Translations under genes and position numbers: made by a program
Notes under the pieces: model-generated
The model's database searches: none
Told to the model about the DNA's origin: nothing
The model's input: the letters and a program-made list of their open reading frames with translations, nothing else
Assembly (NCBI GenBank): GCA_964016885.1
Contig: OZ024752.1
Span: 22,134,001 to 22,198,000 of the forward strand
Source of the DNA: Eledone cirrhosa
Lineage: Eukaryota
Length of the DNA stretch: 64,000 nt
Direction: 5' to 3'
In this document: one piece after another, positions 13,051 to 27,500 of the stretch
Position numbering within the stretch: the first letter of the stretch is position 1
Layout of the letters: the number at the start of each line of letters is the position of its first letter

Positions 13051-16000
13051 CTACCAAAAACAGTGGACAGAAGGTAGAGGGTGGTGGTGAACTACCAAAA
13101 ACAGTGGACAGAAGGTAGAGGGTGGTGGTGAACTACCAAAAACTGGACAGAAGGTAGAGGGTGGTGGTGAACTACCAAAAACAGTGGACAGAAGGCAGAG
13201 TGTGGTGGTGAACTACCAAAAACAGTGGACAGAAGGTAGAGGGTGGTGGTGAACTACCAAAAAAAGTGGACAGAAGACAGAGGGTGGTGGTGAACTACCA
13301 AAAACAGTGGACAGAAGGCAGAGGGTGGTGGTGAACTACCAAAAACAGTGGACAGAAGGCAGAGGGTGGTGGTGAACTACCAAAAACAGTGGACAGAAGG
13401 CAATGGGTGGTGGTGAACTACCAAAAACAGTGGACAGAAGGTAGAGGGTGGTGGTGAACTACCAAAAACAGTGGACAGAAGGTAGAGGGTGGTGGTGAAC
13501 TACCAAAAACAGTGGACAGAAGGTAGAGGGTGGTGGTGAACTACCAAAAACAGTGGACAGAAGGCAGAGTGTGGTGGTGAAGTACCAAAAACAGTGGACA
13601 GAAGGTAGAGGGTGGTGGTGAACTACCAAAAACAGTGGACAGAAGGTAGAGGGTGGTGGTGAACTACCAAAAACAGTGGACAGAAGGCAGAGGGTGGTGG
13701 TGAACTACCAAAAACAGTGGACAGAAGACAGAGGGTGGTGGTGAACTACCAAAAACAGTGGACAGAAGGTAGAGTGTGGTGGTGATCTACCAAAAACAGT
13801 GGACAGAAGGCAGAGGGTGGTGGTGAACTACCAAAAACAGTGGACAGAAGACAGAGAGTGGTGGTGAACTACCAAAAACAGTGGACAGAAGGTAGAGTGT
13901 GGTGGTGAACTACCAAAAACAGTGGACAGAAGGTAGAGGGTGGTGGTGAACTACCAAAAACAGTGGACAGAAGGCAGAGGGTGATGGTGAACTACCAAAA
14001 ACAGTGGACAGAAGGCAGAGGGTGATGGTGAACTACCAAAAACAGTGGACAGAAGGTAGAGGGTGGTGGTGAACTACCAAAAACAGTGGACAGAAGGCAG
14101 AGGGTGATGGTGAACTACCAAAAACAGTGGACAGAAGGCAGAGGGTGATGGTGAACTACCAAAAACAGTGGACAGAAGGCAGAGGGTGATGGTGAACTAC
14201 CAAAAACAGTGGACAGAAGGCAGAGGGTGATGGTGAACTACCAAAAACAGTGGACAGAAGGTAGAGGGTGGTGGTGAACTACCAAAAACAGTGGACAGAA
14301 GGCAGAGGGTGATGGTGAACTACCAAAAACAGTGGACAGAAGGCAGAGGGTGATGGTGAACTACCAAAAACAGTGGACAGAAGGTAGAGGGTGGTGGTGA
14401 ACTACTAAAAACAGTGGACAGAAGGCAGAGTGTGGTGGTGAAATACCAATAACAGTGGACAGAAGACAGAGGGTGGTGGTGAACTACCAAAACCAGTGGA
14501 CAGAAGGTAGAGGGTGGTGGTGAACTACCAAAAACTGGACAGAAGGTAGAGGGTGGTGGTGAACTACCAAAAACAGTGGACAGAAGGCAGAGTGTGGTGG
14601 TGAAGTACCAAAAACAGTGGACAGAAGGTAGAGGGTGGTGGTGAACTACCAAAAACAGTGGACAGAAGACAGAGGGTGGTGGTGAAGTACCAAAAACAGT
14701 GGACAGAAGGTAGAGGGTGGTGGTGAACTACCAAAAACAGTGGACAGAAGGTAGAGGGTGGTGGTGAACTACCAAAAACTGGACAGAAGGCAGAGTGTGG
14801 TGGTGAAGTACCAAAAACAGTGGACAGAAGGTAGAGGGTGGTGGTGAACTACCAAAAAAAGTGGACAGAAGACAGAGGGTGGTGGTGAACTACCAAAAAC
14901 AGTGGACAGAAGGTAGAGTGTGGTGGTGAACTACCAAAAACAGTGGACAGAAGGTAGAGTGTGGTGGTGATCTACCAAAAACAGTGGACAGAAGGTAGAG
15001 TGTGGTGGTGAACTACCAAAAACAGTGGACAGAAGGTAGAGTGTGGTGGTGAACTACCAAAAACAGTGAACAGAAGGTAGAGTGTGGTGGTGAACTACCA
15101 AAAACAGTGGACAGAAGGTAGAGTGTGGTGGTGAACTACCAAAAACAGTGGACAGAAGGTAGAGGGTGGTGGTGAACTACCAAAAACAGTGGACAGAAGG
15201 CAGAGGGTGGTGGTGAACTACCAAAAACAGTGGACAGAAGGCAGAGGGTGGTGATGAACTACCAAAAACACTGGACAGAAGGTAGAGAGTGGTGGTGAAC
15301 TACCAAAAACAGTGAACAGAAGGTAGAGTGTGGTGGTGAACTACCAAAAACAGTGGACAGAAGGTAGAGGGTGGTGGTGAACTACCAAAAACAGTGAACA
15401 GAAGGTAGAGTGTGGTGGTGAAGTACCAAAAACAGTGGACAGAAGGTAGAAGGTGGTGGTGAACTACCAAAAACAGTGGACAGAAGGTAGAGGGTGGTGG
15501 TGAACTACCAAAAACAGTGGACAGAAGGTAGAGTGTGGTGGTGAACTACCAAAAACAGTGGACAGAAGGTAGAGTGTGGTGGTGAACTACCAAAAACAGT
15601 GAACAGAAGGTAGAGTGTGGTGGTGAACTACCAAAAACAGTGGACAGAAGGTAGAGGGTGGTGGTGAACTACCAAAAACAGTGGACAGAAGGCAGAGGGT
15701 GGTGGTGAACTACCAAAAACAGTGGACAGAAGGCAGAGGGTGGTGATGAACTACCAAAAACACTGGACAGAAGGTAGAGAGTGGTGGTGAACTACCAAAA
15801 ACAGTGGACAGAAGGTAGAGTGTGGTGGTAAACTACCAAAAACTGGACAGAAGGTAGAGGGTGGTGGTGAACTACCAAAAACAGTGTACAGAAGGCAGAG
15901 GGTGGTGGTGAACTACCAAAAACAGTGGACAGAAGGCAGAGGGTGGTGGTCAACTACCAAAAACAGTGGACAGAAGACAGAGGGTGGTGGTGAACTACCA

Positions 16001-19000
16001 AAAACAGTGGACAGAAGGCAGAGGGTGTTGGTGAACTACCAAAAACAGTGGACAGAAGGTAGAGGGTGGTGGTGAACTACCAAAAACAGTGGACAGAAGG
16101 CAGAGGGTGGTGGTGAACTACCAAAAACAGTGGACAGAAGACAGAGGGTGGTGGTGAACTACCAAAAACAGTGAACAGAAGGTAGAGGGTGGTGGTGAAC
16201 TACCAAAAACTGGACAGAAGGCAGAGGGTGATGGTGAACTACCAAAAACAGTGGACAGAAGACAGAGGGTGGTGGTGAACTACCAAAAACAGTGGACAGA
16301 AGGCAGAGGGTGGTGGTGAACTACCAAAAACAGTGGACAGAAGACAGAGGGTGGTGGTGAACTACCAAAAACAGTGAACAGAAGGTAGAGGGTGGTGGTG
16401 AACTAACAAAAACAGTGGACAGAAGGTAGAGTGTGGTGGTGAACTACCAAAAACACTGGACAGAAGGTAGAGGGTGGCGGTGAACTACCAAAAACAGTGG
16501 ACAGAAGGCAGAGTGTGGTGGTGAAATACCAATAACAGTGGACAGAAGACAGAGGGTGGTGGTGAACTACCAAAAACAGTGGACAGAAGGTAGAGGGTGG
16601 TGGTGAACTACCAAAACCAGTGGACAGAAGGTAGAGGGTGGTGGTGAACTACCAAAAACTGGACAGAAGGTAGAGGGTGGTGGTGAACTACCAAAAACAG
16701 TGGACAGAAGGCAGAGTGTGGTGGTGAAGTACCAAAAACAGTGGACAGAAGGTAGAGGGTGGTGGTGAACTACCAAAAACAGTGGACAGAAGACAGAGGG
16801 TGGTGGTGAAGTACCAAAAACAGTGGACAGAAGGTAGAGGGTGGTGGTGAAGTACCAAAAACTGGACAGAAGGTAGAGGGTGGTGGTGAACTACCAAAAA
16901 CAGTGGACAGAAGGTAGAGGGTGGTGGTGAACTACCAAAAACAGTGGACAGAAGGTAGAGGGTGGTGGTGAACTACCAAAAACAGTGGACAGAAGGTAGA
17001 GGGTGGTGGTGAACTACCAAAAACTGGACAGAAGGCAGAGTGTGGTGGTGAAGTACCAAAAACAGTGGACAGAAGGTAGAGGGTGGTGGTGAACTACCAA
17101 AAACAGTGGACAGAAGGCAGAGGGTGGTGGTGAACTACCAAAAACAGTGGACAGAAGACAGAGGGTGGTGGTGAACTACCAAAAACAGTGGACAGAAGAC
17201 AGAGGGTGGTGGTGAACTACCAAAAACAGTGGACAGAAGGTACAGTGTGGTGGTGAACTACCAAAAACAGTGGACAGAAGGTAGAGTGTGGTGGTGATCT
17301 ACCAAAAACAGTGGACAGAAGGCAGAGGGTGGTGGTGAACTACCAAAAACAGTGGACAGAAGGCAATGGGTGGTGGTGAACTACCAAAAACAGTGGACAG
17401 AAGGTACAGTGTGGTGGTGAACTAACAAAAACAGTGGACAGAAGGTAGAGTGTGGTGGTGAACTACCAAAAACACTGGACAGAAGGTAGAGGGTGGTGGT
17501 GAACTACCAAAAACAGTGGACAGAAGGCAGAGTGTGGTGGTGAAGTACCAATAACAGTGGACAGAAGACAGAGGGTGGTGGTGAACTACCAAAAACAGTG
17601 GACAGAAGACAGAGGGTGGTGGTGAACTAACAAAAACAGTGGACAGAAGACAGAGGGTGGTGGTGAACTACCAAAAACAGTGGACAGAAGACAGAGGGTG
17701 GTGGTGAACTACCAAAAACAGTGGACAGAAGGTACAGTGTGGTGGTGAACTACCAAAAACAGTGGACAGAAGGTAGAGTGTGGTGGTGAACTACCAAAAA
17801 CAGTGGACAGAAGGCAGAGGGTGGTGGTGAACTACCAAAAACAGTGGACAGAAGGCAATGGGTGGTGGTGAACTACCAAAAACAGTGGACAGAAGGTACA
17901 GTGTGGTGGTGAACTACCAAAAACAGTGGACAGAAGGTAGAGTGTAGTGGTGATCTACCAAAAACAGTGGACAGAAGGTAGAGTGTGGTGGTGAACTACC
18001 AAAAACAGTGGACAGAAGGTAGAGTGTGGTGGTGATCTACCAAAAACAGTGGACAGAAGGTAGAGTGTGGTGGTGAACTACCAAAAACAGTGGACAGAAG
18101 GTAGAGTGTGGTGGTGAACTACCAAAAACAGTGAACAGAAGGTAGAGTGTGGTGGTGAACTACCAAAAACAGTGGACAGAAGGTAGAGTGTGGTGGTGAA
18201 CTACCAAAAACAGTGGACAGAAGGTAGAGGGTGGTGGTGAACTACCAAAAACAGTGGACAGAAGGCAGAGGGTGGTGGTGAACTACCAAAAACAGTGGAC
18301 AGAAGGCAGAGGGTGGTGATGAACTACCAAAAACACTGGACAGAAGGTAGAGAGTGGTGGTGAACTACCAAAAACAGTGAACAGAAGGTAGAGTGTGGTG
18401 GTGAACTACCAAAAACAGTGGACAGAAGGTAGAGGGTGGTGGTGAACTACCAAAAACAGTGAACAGAAGGTAGAGTGTGGTGGTGAAGTACCAAAAACAG
18501 TGGACAGAAGGTAGAAGGTGGTGGTGAACTACCAAAAACAGTGGACAGAAGGCAGAGGGTGGTGGTGAACTACCAAAAACAGTGGACAGAAGGTAGAGTG
18601 TGGTGGTGAACTACCAAAAACAGTGGACAGAAGGTAGAGTGTGGTGGTGAACTACCAAAAACAGTGAACAGAAGGTAGAGTGTGGTGGTGAACTACCAAA
18701 AACAGTGGACAGAAGGTAGAGGGTGGTGGTGAACTACCAAAAACAGTGGACAGAAGGCAGAGGGTGGTGGTGAACTACCAAAAACAGTGGACAGAAGGCA
18801 GAGGGTGGTGATGAACTACCAAAAACACTGGACAGAAGGTAGAGAGTGGTGGTGAACTACCAAAAACAGTGGACAGAAGGTAGAGTGTGGTGGTAAACTA
18901 CCAAAAACTGGACAGAAGGTAGAGGGTGGTGGTGAACTACCAAAAACAGTGTACAGAAGGCAGAGGGTGGTGGTGAACTACCAAAAACAGTGGACAGAAG

Positions 19001-22000
19001 GCAGAGGGTGGTGGTCAACTACCAAAAACAGTGGACAGAAGACAGAGGGTGGTGGTGAACTACCAAAAACAGTGGACAGAAGGCAGAGGGTGTTGGTGAA
19101 CTACCAAAAACAGTGGACAGAAAGTAGAGGGTGGTGGTGAACTACCAAAAACAGTGTACAGAAGGCAGAGGGTGGTGGTGAACTACCAAAAACAGTGTAC
19201 AGAAGGCAGAGGGTGGTGGTGAACTACCAAAAACTGTGGACAGAAGGCAGAGGGTGGTGGTGAACTACCAAAAACTGTGGACAGAAGGTAAAGTGTGGTG
19301 GTGAACTACCAAAAACAGTGGACAGAAGGCAGAGGGTGATGGTGAACTACCAAAAACAGTGGACAGAAGGCAGAGTGTGGTGGTGAAGTACCAATAACAG
19401 TGGACAGAAGACAGAGGGTGGTGGTGAACTACCAAAACCAGTGGACAGAAGGTAGAGGGTGGTGGTTAACTACCAAAAGCTGGACAGAAGGTAGAGGGTG
19501 GTGGTGAACTACCAAAAACAGTGTACAGAAGGCAGAGTGTGGTGGTGAAGTACCAAAAACAGTGGACAGAAGGTAGAGGGTGGTGGTGAACTACCAAAAA
19601 CAGTGGACAGAAGGCAGAGGGTGGTGGTGAACTACCAAAAACAGTGAACAGAAGGTAGAGGGTGGTGGTGAACTACCAAAAACTGGACAGAAGGCAGAGG
19701 GTGATGGTGAACTACCAAAAACAGTGGACAGAAGACAGAGGGTGGTGGTGAACTACCAAAAACAGTGGACAGAAGGCAGAGTGTGGTGGTGAAATACCAA
19801 TAACAGTGGACAGAAGACAGAGGGTGGTGGTGAACTACCAAAAACAGTGGACAGAAGGTAGAGGGTGGTGGTGAACTACCAAAACCAGTGGACAGAAGGT
19901 AGAGGGTGGTGGTGAACTACCAAAAACTGGACAGAAGGTAGAGGGTGGTGGTGAACTACCAAAAACAGTGGACAGAAGGCAGAGTGTGGTGGTGAAGTAC
20001 CAAAAACAGTGGACAGAAGGTAGAGGGTGGTGGTGAACTACCAAAAACAGTGGACAGAAGACAGAGGGTGGTGGTGAAGTACCAAAAACAGTGGACAGAA
20101 GGTAGAGGGTGGTGGTGAAGTACCAAAAACTGGACAGAAGGTAGAGGGTGGTGGTGAACTACCAAAAACAGTGGACAGAAGGTAGAGGGTGGTGGTGAAC
20201 TACCAAAAACAGTGGACAGAAGGTAGAGGGTGGTGGTGAACTACCAAAAACAGTGGACAGAAGGTAGAGGGTGGTGGTGAACTACCAAAAACAGTGGACA
20301 GAAGGTAGAGGGTGGTGGTGAACTATCAAAAACTGGACAGAAGGCAGAGTGTGGTGGTGAAGTACCAAAAACAGTGGACAGAAGGTAGAGGGTGGTGGTG
20401 AACTACCAAAAACAGTGGACAGAAGGCAGAGGGTGGTGGTGAACTACCAAAAACAGTGGACAGAAGACAGAGGGTGGTGGTGAACTACCAAAAACAGTGG
20501 ACAGAAGACAGAGGGTGGTGGTGAACTACCAAAAACAGTGGACAGAAGGTACAGTGTGGTGGTGAACTACCAAAAACAGTGGACAGAAGGTAGAGTGTGG
20601 TGGTGATCTACCAAAAACAGTGGACAGAAGGCAGAGGGTGGTGGTGAACTACCAAAAACAGTGGACAGAAGGCAATGGGTGGTGGTGAACTACCAAAAAC
20701 AGTGGACAGAAGGTACAGTGTGGTGGTGAACTAACAAAAACAGTGGACAGAAGGTAGAGTGTGGTGGTGAACTACCAAAAACACTGGACAGAAGGTAGAG
20801 GGTGGTGGTGAACTACCAAAAACAGTGGACAGAAGGCAGAGTGTGGTGGTGAAGTACCAATAACAGTGGACAGAAGACAGAGGGTGGTGGTGAACTACCA
20901 AAAACAGTGGACAGAAGACAGAGGGTGGTGGTGAACTAACAAAAACAGTGGACAGAAGGTAGAGGGTGGTGGTGAAGTACCAATAACAGTGGACAGAAGA
21001 CAGAGGGTGGTGGTGAACTAACAAAAACAGTGGACAGAAGGTAGAGGGTGGTGGTGAAGTACCAATAACAGTGGACAGAAGACAGAGGGTGGTGGTGAAC
21101 TAACAAAAACAGTGGACAGAAGGTAGAGGGTGGTGGTGAACTACCAAAAACTGGACAGAAGGCAGAGTGTGGTGGTGAACTACCAAAACCAGTGGACAGA
21201 AGGTAGAGGGTGGTGGTTAACTACCAAAAACTGGACAGAAGGTAGAGGGTGGTGGTGAACTACCAAAAACAGTGTACAGAAGGCAGAGTGTGGTGGTGAA
21301 GTACCAAAAACAGTGGACAGAAGGTAGAGGGTGGTGGTGAACTACCAAAAACAGTGGACAGAAGGCAGAGGGTGGTGGTGAACTACCAAAAACAGTGGAC
21401 AGAAGGTAGAGTGTGGTGGTGAACTACCAAAAACACTGAACAGAAGGTAGAGGGTGGTGGTGAACTACCAAAAACAGTGGACAGAAGGCAGAGGGTGATG
21501 GTGAACTACCAAAAACAGTGGACAGAAGGTAGAGGGTGGTGGTGAACTACCAAAAACAGTGGACAGAAGGTAGAGTGTGGTGGTGAACTAACAAAAACAG
21601 TCGACAGAAGGTAGAGTGTGGTGGTGAACTACCAAAAACACTGGACAGAAGGTAGATGGTGGTGGTGAACTACCAAAAACAGTGGACAGAAGGCAGAGGG
21701 TGATGGTGAACTACCAAAAACAGTGGACAGAAGGCAGAGGGTGATGGTGAACTACCAAAAACAGTGGACAGAAGGTAGAGGGTGGTGGTGAACTACCAAA
21801 AACAGTGGACAGAAGGCAGAGGGTGATGGTGAACTACCAAAAACAGTGGACAGAAGGCAGAGGGTGATGGTGAACTACCAAAAACAGTGGACAGAAGGTA
21901 GAGGGTGGTGGTGAACTACCAAAAACAGTGGACAGAAGGCAGAGGGTGATGGTGAACTACCAAAAACAGTGGACAGAAGGCAGAGGGTGATGGTGAACTA

Positions 22001-24590
22001 CCAAAAACAGTGGACAGAAGGCAGAGGGTGATGGTGAACTACCAAAAACAGTGGACAGAAGGCAGAGGGTGATGGTGAACTACCAAAAACAGTGGACAGA
22101 AGGTAGAGGGTGGTGGTGAACTACCAAAAACAGTGGACAGAAGGCAGAGGGTGATGGTGAACTACCAAAAACAGTGGACAGAAGGCAGAGGGTGATGGTG
22201 AACTACCAAAAACAGTGGACAGAAGGCAGAGTGTGGTGGTGAAATACCAATAACAGTGGACAGAAGACAGAGGGTGGTGGTGAACTACCAAAACCAGTGG
22301 ACAGAAGGTAGAGGGTGGTGGTGAACTACCAAAAACTGGACAGAAGGTAGAGGGTGGTGGTGAACTACCAAAAACAGTGGACAGAAGGCAGAGTGTGGTG
22401 GTGAAGTACCAAAAACAGTGGACAGAAGGTAGAGGGTGGTGGTGAACTACCAAAAACAGTGGACAGAAGACAGAGGGTGGTGGTGAAGTACCAAAAACAG
22501 TGGACAGAAGGTAGAGGGTGGTGGTGAACTACCAAAAACAGTGGACAGAAGGTAGAGGGTGGTGGTGAACTACCAAAAACTGGACAGAAGGCAGAGTGTG
22601 GTGGTGAAGTACCAAAAACAGTGGACAGAAGGTAGAGGGTGGTGGTGAACTACCAAAAAAAGTGGACAGAAGACAGAGGGTGGTGGTGAACTACCAAAAA
22701 CAGTGGACAGAAGGCAGAGGGTGGTGGTGAACTACCAAAAACAGTGGACAGAAGGTAGAGGGTGGTGGTGAACTACCAAAAACAGTGGACAGAAGGTAGA
22801 GGGTGGTGGTGAACTACCAAAAACTGGACAGAAGGTAGAGGGTGGTGGTGAACTACCAAAAACAGTGGACAGAAGGCAGAGTGTGGTGGTGAACTACCAA
22901 AAACAGTGGACAGAAGGTAGAGGGTGGTGGTGAACTACCAAAAAAAGTGGACAGAAGACAGAGGGTGGTGGTGAACTACCAAAAACAGTGGACAGAAGGC
23001 AGAGGGTGGTGGTGAACTACCAAAAACAGTGGACAGAAGGCAGAGGGTGGTGGTGAACTACCAAAAACAGTGGACAGAAGGCAATGGGTGGTGGTGAACT
23101 ACCAAAAACAGTGGACAGAAGGTAGAGGGTGGTGGTGAACTACCAAAAACAGTGGACAGAAGGTAGAGGGTGGTGGTGAACTACCAAAAACAGTGGACAG
23201 AAGGTAGAGGGTGGTGGTGAACTACCAAAAACAGTGGACAGAAGGCAGAGTGTGGTGGTGAAGTACCAAAAACAGTGGACAGAAGGTAGAGGGTGGTGGT
23301 GAACTACCAAAAACAGTGGACAGAAGGTAGAGGGTGGTGGTGAACTACCAAAAACAGTGGACAGAAGGCAGAGGGTGGTGGTGAACTACCAAAAACAGTG
23401 GACAGAAGACAGAGGGTGGTGGTGAACTACCAAAAACAGTGGACAGAAGGTAGAGTGTGGTGGTGATATACCAAAAACAGTGGACAGAAGGCAGAGGGTG
23501 GTGGTGAACTACCAAAAACAGTGGACAGAAGACAGAGAGTGGTGGTGAACTACCAAAAACAGTGGACAGAAGGTAGAGTGTGGTGGTGAACTACCAAAAA
23601 CAGTGGACAGAAGGTAGAGGGTGGTGGTGAACTACCAAAAACAGTGGACAGAAGGCAGAGGGTGATGGTGAACTACCAAAAACAGTGGACAGAAGGCAGA
23701 GGGTGATGGTGAACTACCAAAAACAGTGGACAGAAGGTAGAGGGTGGTGGTGAACTACCAAAAACAGTGGACAGAAGGCAGAGGGTGATGGTGAACTACC
23801 AAAAACAGTGGACAGAAGGCAGAGGGTGATGGTGAACTACCAAAAACAGTGGACAGAAGGCAGAGGGTGATGGTGAACTACCAAAAACAGTGGACAGAAG
23901 GCAGAGGGTGATGGTGAACTACCAAAAACAGTGGACAGAAGGTAGAGGGTGGTGGTGAACTACCAAAAACAGTGGACAGAAGGCAGAGGGTGATGGTGAA
24001 CTACCAAAAACAGTGGACAGAAGGCAGAGGGTGATGGTGAACTACCAAAAACAGTGGACAGAAGGTAGAGGGTGGTGGTGAACTACTAAAAACAGTGGAC
24101 AGAAGGCAGAGTGTGGTGGTGAAATACCAATAACAGTGGACAGAAGACAGAGGGTGGTGGTGAACTACCAAAACCAGTGGACAGAAGGTAGAGGGTGGTG
24201 GTGAACTACCAAAAACTGGACAGAAGGTAGAGGGTGGTGGTGAACTACCAAAAACAGTGGACAGAAGGCAGAGTGTGGTGGTGAAGTACCAAAAACAGTG
24301 GACAGAAGGTAGAGGGTGGTGGTGAACTACCAAAAACAGTGGACAGAAGACAGAGGGTGGTGGTGAAGTACCAAAAACAGTGGACAGAAGGTAGAGGGTG
24401 GTGGTGAACTACCAAAAACAGTGGACAGAAGGTAGAGGGTGGTGGTGAACTACCAAAAACTGGACAGAAGGCAGAGTGTGGTGGTGAAGTACCAAAAACA
24501 GTGGACAGAAGGTAGAGGGTGGTGGTGAACTACCAAAAAAAGTGGACAGAAGACAGAGGGTGGTGGTGAACTACCAAAAACAGTGGACAG
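5120..24590 (+). repeat. Tandem duplication of ~9.7 kb: ~5.1-14.9 kb copied at ~14.9-24.6 kb, with two single-monomer losses in the second copy
   Basis: The offset is 9,763 (6121/15884, 9186/18949), then 9,722 (9910/19632, 11009/20731), then 9,681 (12440/22121, 14320/24001), each step exactly 41 bp. The private variant CTATCAAAAA occurs only at 10601 and 20323. Boundaries are approximate. Confidence 0.88.
12030..14900 (+). repeat. Internal duplication at a 1,880-bp offset (46 monomers) of the TGATGG-rich block and the monomers after it; repeated at ~21.8-25.4 kb and ~34.1-37.8 kb
   Basis: The 110-aa pseudo-ORF pairs 12440/14320, 22121/24001 and 34508/36388 are each 1,880 apart (46x41 - 3x2). 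The block is single-copy at 3819 and 48769. Confidence 0.82.
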
Positions 24591-27500
24591 AAGGCAGAGG
24601 GTGGTGGTGAACTACCAAAAACAGTGGACAGAAGGTAGAGGGTGGTGGTGAACTACCAAAAACAGTGGACAGAAGGTAGAGGGTGGTGGTGAACTACCAA
24701 AAACTGGACAGAAGGTAGAGGGTGGTGGTGAACTACCAAAAACAGTGGACAGAAGGCAGAGTGTGGTGGTGAACTACCAAAAACAGTGGACAGAAGGTAG
24801 AGGGTGGTGGTGAACTACCAAAAAAAGTGGACAGAAGACAGAGGGTGGTGGTGAACTACCAAAAACAGTGGACAGAAGGCAGAGGGTGGTGGTGAACTAC
24901 CAAAAACAGTGGACAGAAGGCAGAGGGTGGTGGTGAACTACCAAAAACAGTGGACAGAAGGCAATGGGTGGTGGTGAACTACCAAAAACAGTGGACAGAA
25001 GGTAGAGGGTGGTGGTGAACTACCAAAAACAGTGGACAGAAGGTAGAGGGTGGTGGTGAACTACCAAAAACAGTGGACAGAAGGTAGAGGGTGGTGGTGA
25101 ACTACCAAAAACAGTGGACAGAAGGCAGAGTGTGGTGGTGAAGTACCAAAAACAGTGGACAGAAGGTAGAGGGTGGTGGTGAACTACCAAAAACAGTGGA
25201 CAGAAGGTAGAGGGTGGTGGTGAACTACCAAAAACAGTGGACAGAAGGCAGAGGGTGGTGGTGAACTACCAAAAACAGTGGACAGAAGACAGAGGGTGGT
25301 GGTGAACTACCAAAAACAGTGGACAGAAGGTAGAGTGTGGTGGTGATCTACCAAAAACAGTGGACAGAAGGCAGAGGGTGGTGGTGAACTACCAAAAACA
25401 GTGGACAGAAGACAGAGAGTGGTGGTGAACTACCAAAAACAGTGGACAGAAGGTAGAGTGTGGTGGTGAACTACCAAAAACAGTGGACAGAAGGCAGAGG
25501 GTGGTGGTGAACTACCAAAAACAGTGGACAGAAGGCAATGGGTGGTGGTGAACTACCAAAAACAGTGGACAGAAGGTACAGTGTGGTGGTGAACTACCAA
25601 AAACAGTGGACAGAAGGTAGAGTGTGGTGGTGAACTACCAAAAACAGTGGACAGAAGGTAGAGTGTGGTGGTGATCTACCAAAAACAGTGGACAGAAGGT
25701 AGAGTGTGGTGGTGAACTACCAAAAACAGTGGACAGAAGGTAGAGTGTGGTGGTGAACTACCAAAAACAGTGAACAGAAGGTAGAGTGTGGTGGTGAACT
25801 ACCAAAAACAGTGGACAGAAGGTAGAGTGTGGTGGTGAACTACCAAAAACAGTGGACAGAAGGTAGAGGGTGGTGGTGAACTACCAAAAACAGTGGACAG
25901 AAGGCAGAGGGTGGTGGTGAACTACCAAAAACAGTGGACAGAAGGCAGAGGGTGGTGATGAACTACCAAAAACACTGGACAGAAGGTAGAGAGTGGTGGT
26001 GAACTACCAAAAACAGTGAACAGAAGGTAGAGTGTGGTGGTGAACTACCAAAAACAGTGGACAGAAGGTAGAGGGTGGTGGTGAACTACCAAAAACAGTG
26101 AACAGAAGGTAGAGTGTGGTGGTGAAGTACCAAAAACAGTGGACAGAAGGTAGAAGGTGGTGGTGAACTACCAAAAACAGTGGACAGAAGGTAGAGGGTG
26201 GTGGTGAACTACCAAAAACAGTGGACAGAAGGTAGAGTGTGGTGGTGAACTACCAAAAACAGTGGACAGAAGGTAGAGTGTGGTGGTGAACTACCAAAAA
26301 CAGTGAACAGAAGGTAGAGTGTGGTGGTGAACTACCAAAAACAGTGGACAGAAGGTAGAGGGTGGTGGTGAACTACCAAAAACAGTGGACAGAAGGCAGA
26401 GGGTGGTGGTGAACTACCAAAAACAGTGGACAGAAGGCAGAGGGTGGTGATGAACTACCAAAAACACTGGACAGAAGGTAGAGAGTGGTGGTGAACTACC
26501 AAAAACAGTGGACAGAAGGTAGAGTGTGGTGGTAAACTACCAAAAACTGGACAGAAGGTAGAGGGTGGTGGTGAACTACCAAAAACAGTGTACAGAAGGC
26601 AGAGGGTGGTGGTGAACTACCAAAAACAGTGGACAGAAGGCAGAGGGTGGTGGTCAACTACCAAAAACAGTGGACAGAAGACAGAGGGTGGTGGTGAACT
26701 ACCAAAAACAGTGGACAGAAGGCAGAGGGTGTTGGTGAACTACCAAAAACAGTGGACAGAAGGTAGAGGGTGGTGGTGAACTACCAAAAACAGTGGACAG
26801 AAGGCAGAGGGTGGTGGTGAACTACCAAAAACAGTGGACAGAAGACAGAGGGTGGTGGTGAACTACCAAAAACAGTGAACAGAAGGTAGAGGGTGGTGGT
26901 GAACTACCAAAAACTGGACAGAAGGCAGAGGGTGATGGTGAACTACCAAAAACAGTGGACAGAAGACAGAGGGTGGTGGTGAACTACCAAAAACAGTGGA
27001 CAGAAGGCAGAGGGTGGTGGTGAACTACCAAAAACAGTGGACAGAAGACAGAGGGTGGTGGTGAACTACCAAAAACAGTGAACAGAAGGTAGAGGGTGGT
27101 GGTGAACTAACAAAAACAGTGGACAGAAGGTAGAGTGTGGTGGTGAACTACCAAAAACACTGGACAGAAGGTAGAGGGTGGTGGTGAACTACCAAAAACA
27201 GTGGACAGAAGGCAGAGTGTGGTGGTGAAATAGCAATAACAGTGGACAGAAGACAGAGGGTGGTGGTGAACTACCAAAAACAGTGGACAGAAGGTAGAGG
27301 GTGGTGGTGAACTACCAAAACCAGTGGACAGAAGGTAGAGGGTGGTGGTGAACTACCAAAAACTGGACAGAAGGTAGAGGGTGGTGGTGAACTACCAAAA
27401 ACAGTGGACAGAAGGCAGAGTGTGGTGGTGAAGTACCAAAAACAGTGGACAGAAGGTAGAGGGTGGTGGTGAACTACCAAAAACAGTGGACAGAAGACAG

